Assembly (NCBI RefSeq): GCF_009914755.1
Contig: NC_060930.1
Reading direction: 5' to 3' (one strand)
DNA: 64,000 nucleotides
DNA from: the human T2T-CHM13v2.0 reference genome, Homo sapiens
Position numbers and translations under genes: made by a program. Shown one piece after another: positions 59,164 to 64,000 of this stretch. Position 1 is the first letter of the stretch. Each line of letters opens with the position of its first letter. A model generated the notes under the pieces. It had not been told where the DNA came from. It made no database searches and was given only the letters and a program-made list of their open reading frames with translations.

Positions 59164-59685
59164 ATTATAGCTCTAATGTTTGCATATAAGGGAAGTAGTT
59201 ATCATGTTAGTAATACCTCTAATAGTATAAACCCCACCCCAAAATTAGCCAGTAATCCTGTAGGAAGGTACTGTATGATCAAATGTTTAATCATATAAAT
59301 AGAATGTAAATGTCTCACTGAGCACTGTTTTCTAGTGTATCAAAATGCTCTTATTTCATCATTCACTTCACTGTGCTGTTGTTATGATGTGCTTAACAGG
59401 GAACGTGATTAGTGAAAGGAAGATAAACGTGGATGTTACTCCAAAACTTCGTTTAATGAATGCTTAAAGAATTCAAATTTTATCTGCCTCTCTTGTAATT
59501 TGGATCTCTTCTTAATGTACATAGTGCTAACATGAAGACCTTTTTCTGCACTATATGCAAACAGGGTAACTAACTAAAACAAAGCCACTTTCAATCTTCA
59601 ATCCTTGAAGGTATATCTAGGTTTATGACAGTAATTGTGTTTACATTTTATGGTGCCTAGTATTGACAAAATGTTATTTCCCTAC

Positions 59686-59691
59686 ATTAAA
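59686..59691 (+). terminator. Candidate SMAP1 poly(A) signal ATTAAA
   Basis: Followed ~17-40 nt later by the U/GU-rich tract ttttcatttgtgggtttttattt. Confidence 0.5.
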
Positions 59692-59723
59692 CATGACTCC
59701 ATAGACCTTTTCATTTGTGGGTT

Positions 59724-59729
59724 TTTATT
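59724..59729 (-). terminator. Candidate B3GAT2 poly(A) signal AATAAA
   Basis: tttatt on +; first minus-strand AATAAA I find after the B3GAT2 stop (~470 nt). Confidence 0.45.
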
Positions 59730-59832
59730 TCCTATGATGTATACTGCCACTAACCTTCCAAAAATTACTTAGTATTGCAAAGTCAGGAATCATCAGGAAC
59801 GTTTAGCTGACAAAATACTTGTCTGTTTTAAA

Positions 59833-59870
59833 AACCTGTTCAAGTCTACCAACCTGTTCAAGTCTACCAA
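59833..59870. repeat. Perfect 18-bp tandem duplication aacctgttcaagtctacc
   Basis: Two exact units plus aa. Confidence 0.97.
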
Positions 59871-60200
59871 TTATAAGGGCAAATTGGAGAAAAAGAAAAA
59901 ATATATACTCAAGAGTGGTATCTTGCAGTATCGGCACTGTACAAAAAAATCTTCCAATTTAGTTGTTGTAGAGAAAACATGCAGAACAAATGAAGACAAA
60001 ACATACATTTTGTACCAACCATCCAATTAGCTTATGTTAACTGACAAGCTCCATTTAAACAGATGTCCATCAGATGACAAGAAAGGCTGCTGTACTGAAG
60101 TAAAACAAACAATACCTGAATGCTCTGTAGCCTAAACTCCAAACATCCTCTTCCATATGGATCCACTGGCTGGACAAACTGCACCAGTTGCTGCTTCAAT

Positions 60201-60287
60201 TTATACCTCAATTTTCACTGTGTCCAGGTGGTACTTTGGCTCGTTGGCTAGATTAACCTTCTCTGTCCGAGTGTGCCACACGAGAAC
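60201..60287 (-). CDS. B3GAT2: B3GAT2 terminal coding exon: VLVWHTRTEKVNLANEPKYHLDTVKIEV*
   Basis: ttccccttcAG|gtt on -; TAA at 60203-60201; VWHTRTEK is the GT43 glucuronyltransferase signature. Confidence 0.96.
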   Translation of the reverse strand, partial: VLVWHTRTEKVNLANEPKYHLDTVKIEV

Positions 60288-60367
60288 CTGAAGGGGAAGG
60301 AAATAGCTTGGGTAGCGCACTCTTCATGGTGACACTCGAGGTCGGGCAGCACAAGTGTAATGAATAC

Positions 60368-60516
60368 CTTAGTGCAGTTATTTGCTTTCGGTTCCAGTTC
60401 TTCGACTGTTGTTATCTGTTTGAGAAAGTCAGATTCTTGCATCCCTGGCTGGGATCCACGACGCTTAAATACAGCTTTTGGATTGGACAAAATGACTTGA
60501 AGACTTACAGCAAATC
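60368..60516 (-). CDS. B3GAT2: B3GAT2 penultimate coding exon: (G)FAVSLQVILSNPKAVFKRRGSQPGMQESDFLKQITTVEELEPKANNCTK
   Basis: T-rich tract-cacaaAG|ga ... aag|GTATTC on -; 149 nt; GT43 (DMA)GFAV and QES (catalytic Glu) motifs. Confidence 0.96.
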
Positions 60517-60526
60517 CTTTGTGAAA

Positions 60527-60532
60527 AATAAA
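60527..60532 (+). terminator. Candidate distal SMAP1 poly(A) signal AATAAA
   Basis: Hexamer followed by an A run, then GU/U-rich tggtgtacttctcttttttctgt. Confidence 0.5.
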
Positions 60533-61170
60533 AAAAAAAAAGAGACTTTAAAATCCTGGTGTACTTCTCTTTTTTTCTGTATAATTTTGGTCACATCAAA
60601 ACAGTTTTTAAAATACCTACTGTGTGTCAGGTCTTGGTTTACAAAGTTGAATAGGAACATTACCTGTATTACAGTCTCAAAGGAAAATCAGTCATTACAA
60701 TATTTTACATTCCGTGTAAAATAAAGGCGTGCACAGGAGCATCTACGCAAAATAGGAAGTTTAGTCTGTTGATAATAAAGGGTGAATTTTATAAGCTGCT
60801 GTTTCACAGTGATCATCAACCCCCCACATTTGCCACTAGGAATAACTAAGAAATAAATGCAGCTGAAAAACATACATGCTTACCTAACTACATGTGGGGT
60901 ATGAGACCACATGCCCAGCTCTCCTGCCTGCCCTGTAATATTAATTATGTATGCTTCCTTAAATCCAGCACTGCTTGGATTCATTTTGCATTTAGAAGAG
61001 GGAGCAACAGAAGTAAAGCCGATTAGCTGGAAAATGAATCATACCTAATTTTTAATCATCTGGTTTATATTTCTAATTTGGTTCAATCTAAAAAGGGTAT
61101 GTGGGGCAGAAATCAGTGCAGGAGATATCAGGCCATCATCTGATAAAGTTTTTTTTTGGTATTTCATTTA

Positions 61171-61525
<355 letters not shown>

Positions 61526-63562
61526 GAATCATTCGTATTTAATCTGTAGTTTAACAAACTGTTTAAAGCTCAGCCATTGAAGCACTCTACAATTGTTTTT
61601 GCCATCTCAGCAAGTAATAATTGTTTTGAAGGTCTGAAGCCCTGGATCTCTTTTTCCTTAGTGACTAAGGTGATACTGTCAAGTCAGGCACCCTCCCAGA
61701 GTTGAAGCTCCGGGCACCAACCCACAAAACATTTCTCAGCAACTTTTGCCCTTCTCTACATTAAATGAGTTGATTTATGATTCAGTTTGCAAAGTAATAC
61801 TAAATGATACCAGGTGGTAATGGAGGAGCTGTGAAAACACCACAACCACCATCCTCTCCAGATGCCAGACTGGGCCAGTCTCCTGTTCCAGACCCTGCTG
61901 CCTTTTGGAGAAAAGTTAACACTAAGCCACTTACAAACATAACGTGGTACAGCAGGTGCTGAGTGAAGCAGAACAAAGAATCATAAAGCATTAGCTGTAG
62001 GACTAGCCCCAGTATCGATACCTCCACCAACCCTAAAGGGAGGGAGGTGGCACATTTTAGCAGAGAATACTGGATTTGGAATTAGAAGCCTTTTGTTTTT
62101 GCCTAGGTCCCTGCCCCTGGGACACTGGCCAACTCATTTAACCTTTCTTGATTTTCTAACTTCCCCATTTCTTTATTTGCGAGAGAAGTGTAACACTTCA
62201 ACTCAATGTTTGATGAAAAATTGAGGTATGGAAAGACTCCACTGACTGCAAAGCACTGTTCAAAAGATACTACAATATATAAATAAAAATACTATTGTCA
62301 GTGTGATCATGAGGGGCAGGTGATGCCAGCCACCATTTATGGCTGAAAGAATACTGGTTGACAGATGTAAAAGGTTTGGGAAAGTTCCAGGTAGCAAAGC
62401 CAGGACACCTACATGTGATAGCAACTCTGGTAACAAGTCCACAGCCTTCCTTAGACACAACTAGGACAACCACCAGACACCTCAACAAAAGCCAGAGGTT
62501 CAAATTGATAACGTAGTGTCCTTTCCAACAGGTCAGATCAGATTTTAGTGTTAAAAGATTTCTTGCTTTTTCCCACATGCTTATAAATAAGCTTTATCCT
62601 TTTTTTTTTTTTTTTTTTTTTAAATTCAGATGAGAGCCTACCCTTCTCAGTCATACTGAAACTCCTGATACATTCTTCACATGGCTTCAGGATACTGGTT
62701 GTATTTCCCCATTCTCTCAAAAACATGGGATCCAAATTGTGCAGAGGTGATTTCTGGAAATGATATGGAGCCACCTGGATCTGATTTCCTTCATTTTCCC
62801 CTAAGACTTTAACACATTAACCATCACGACCACTGAAGGATTCAGATTCTTTTGTTGCTTTCCTTAGCACAGGAATATCCTTCCAGCGCTTCACACAGAA
62901 TGACATGGCAAAATCTACAATTTATGTAAAGTTAACAGCCAGTTGTGAAGCTATACATCATTTTGCAGCAAGGTCTCCTTTCCTGGTGTCACTAGAGAAT
63001 GGTGCGCACCTGAAAGGCCAGCACCCTGGAGACATGTTAGCCTGTGGCTCTCCACAGTACCCAAGTGTTTTTCTATTCTCTAATACAAAGGGGTGGAGGA
63101 GCACAATTCAGATGCCCCACAATCAGCTAACGCAATTTCCTTTGCTCAGTGATCTCTTGAAAGGAAGCAGGTCACAGCTGGCAGGAGAGACTGCATGTTA
63201 ACTAGGTCAACCCCTGGGTTACTTTTGGGGAATCTGACCCGCTGTGAAGCTGGGGGCAGAGTTAAAGAGTTCTCCCCTCTGAAATCACAGTAAAGGGAAT
63301 CCTAAACCATTGATTTCCAACCTAAGATGTTTTCTTGGGTAATTCCAAGTATTTATACTTCAAGTATTATATCTTTCCTTTTTTAGTGAGATTCGTTATC
63401 TTTAAAGATGTTGGTTACTTTGGAGATGCTTACGAAAGTCATGGGAGTAGGATTTTCTGCCCTGGTCAGCTGAGTAAAAAAAAAAATGCAAATAAAAATG
63501 ATTGTTCACTGAGAAGGCAGGATTTCCTGACTTCTTCAGCAGAGCTAGGTGGGGAGGATACA

Positions 63563-64000
<438 letters not shown>

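Larger units (their letters stand above)
58873..60550 (+). other. SMAP1: SMAP1 3' UTR (longest plausible form)
   Basis: Repeat-free, AU-rich sequence after the stop; candidate poly(A) signals at 59158, 59686 and 60527; the end is inferred. Confidence 0.65.

Noticed and set aside
60308-60724. 138-aa + strand ORF antisense to B3GAT2
   Set aside because: Non-ATG start, lies in SMAP1 UTR/downstream sequence and crosses a homopolymer; an antisense shadow.

Overview
This is primate, almost certainly human, genomic DNA; I recognise it as the SMAP1/B3GAT2 locus (chr6q13 from memory). The + strand carries the 3' half of SMAP1 (small ArfGAP 1): five constitutive coding exons (35473-35560, 51072-51196, 55397-55568, 56460-56767, 58738-58872) that splice in frame via GT-AG into 275 codons plus stop, and an 88-nt alternative exon (57867-57954) that swaps the C-terminus. 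The - strand carries the last two coding exons of B3GAT2 (glucuronyltransferase GlcAT-S; 60516-60368 and 60287-60201), converging on and probably overlapping the SMAP1 3' UTR. The rest is intron filled with ordinary primate repeats: a 5'-complete but decayed L1PA antisense to SMAP1, Alus, older L1/L2/MIR, Tigger and hAT fossils, MaLR LTRs and microsatellites. Nearly all ORFs in the supplied track are repeat-derived or chance. I see no convincing wholly new biological system. The best leads are dual-use sequence at the SMAP1/B3GAT2 junction, an L1 antisense promoter aimed at the downstream SMAP1 exons, an in-frame two-exon module flanked by inverted Alus, and several local duplications. Exon numbers and repeat subfamily names are from memory and by-eye comparison, not from a search.
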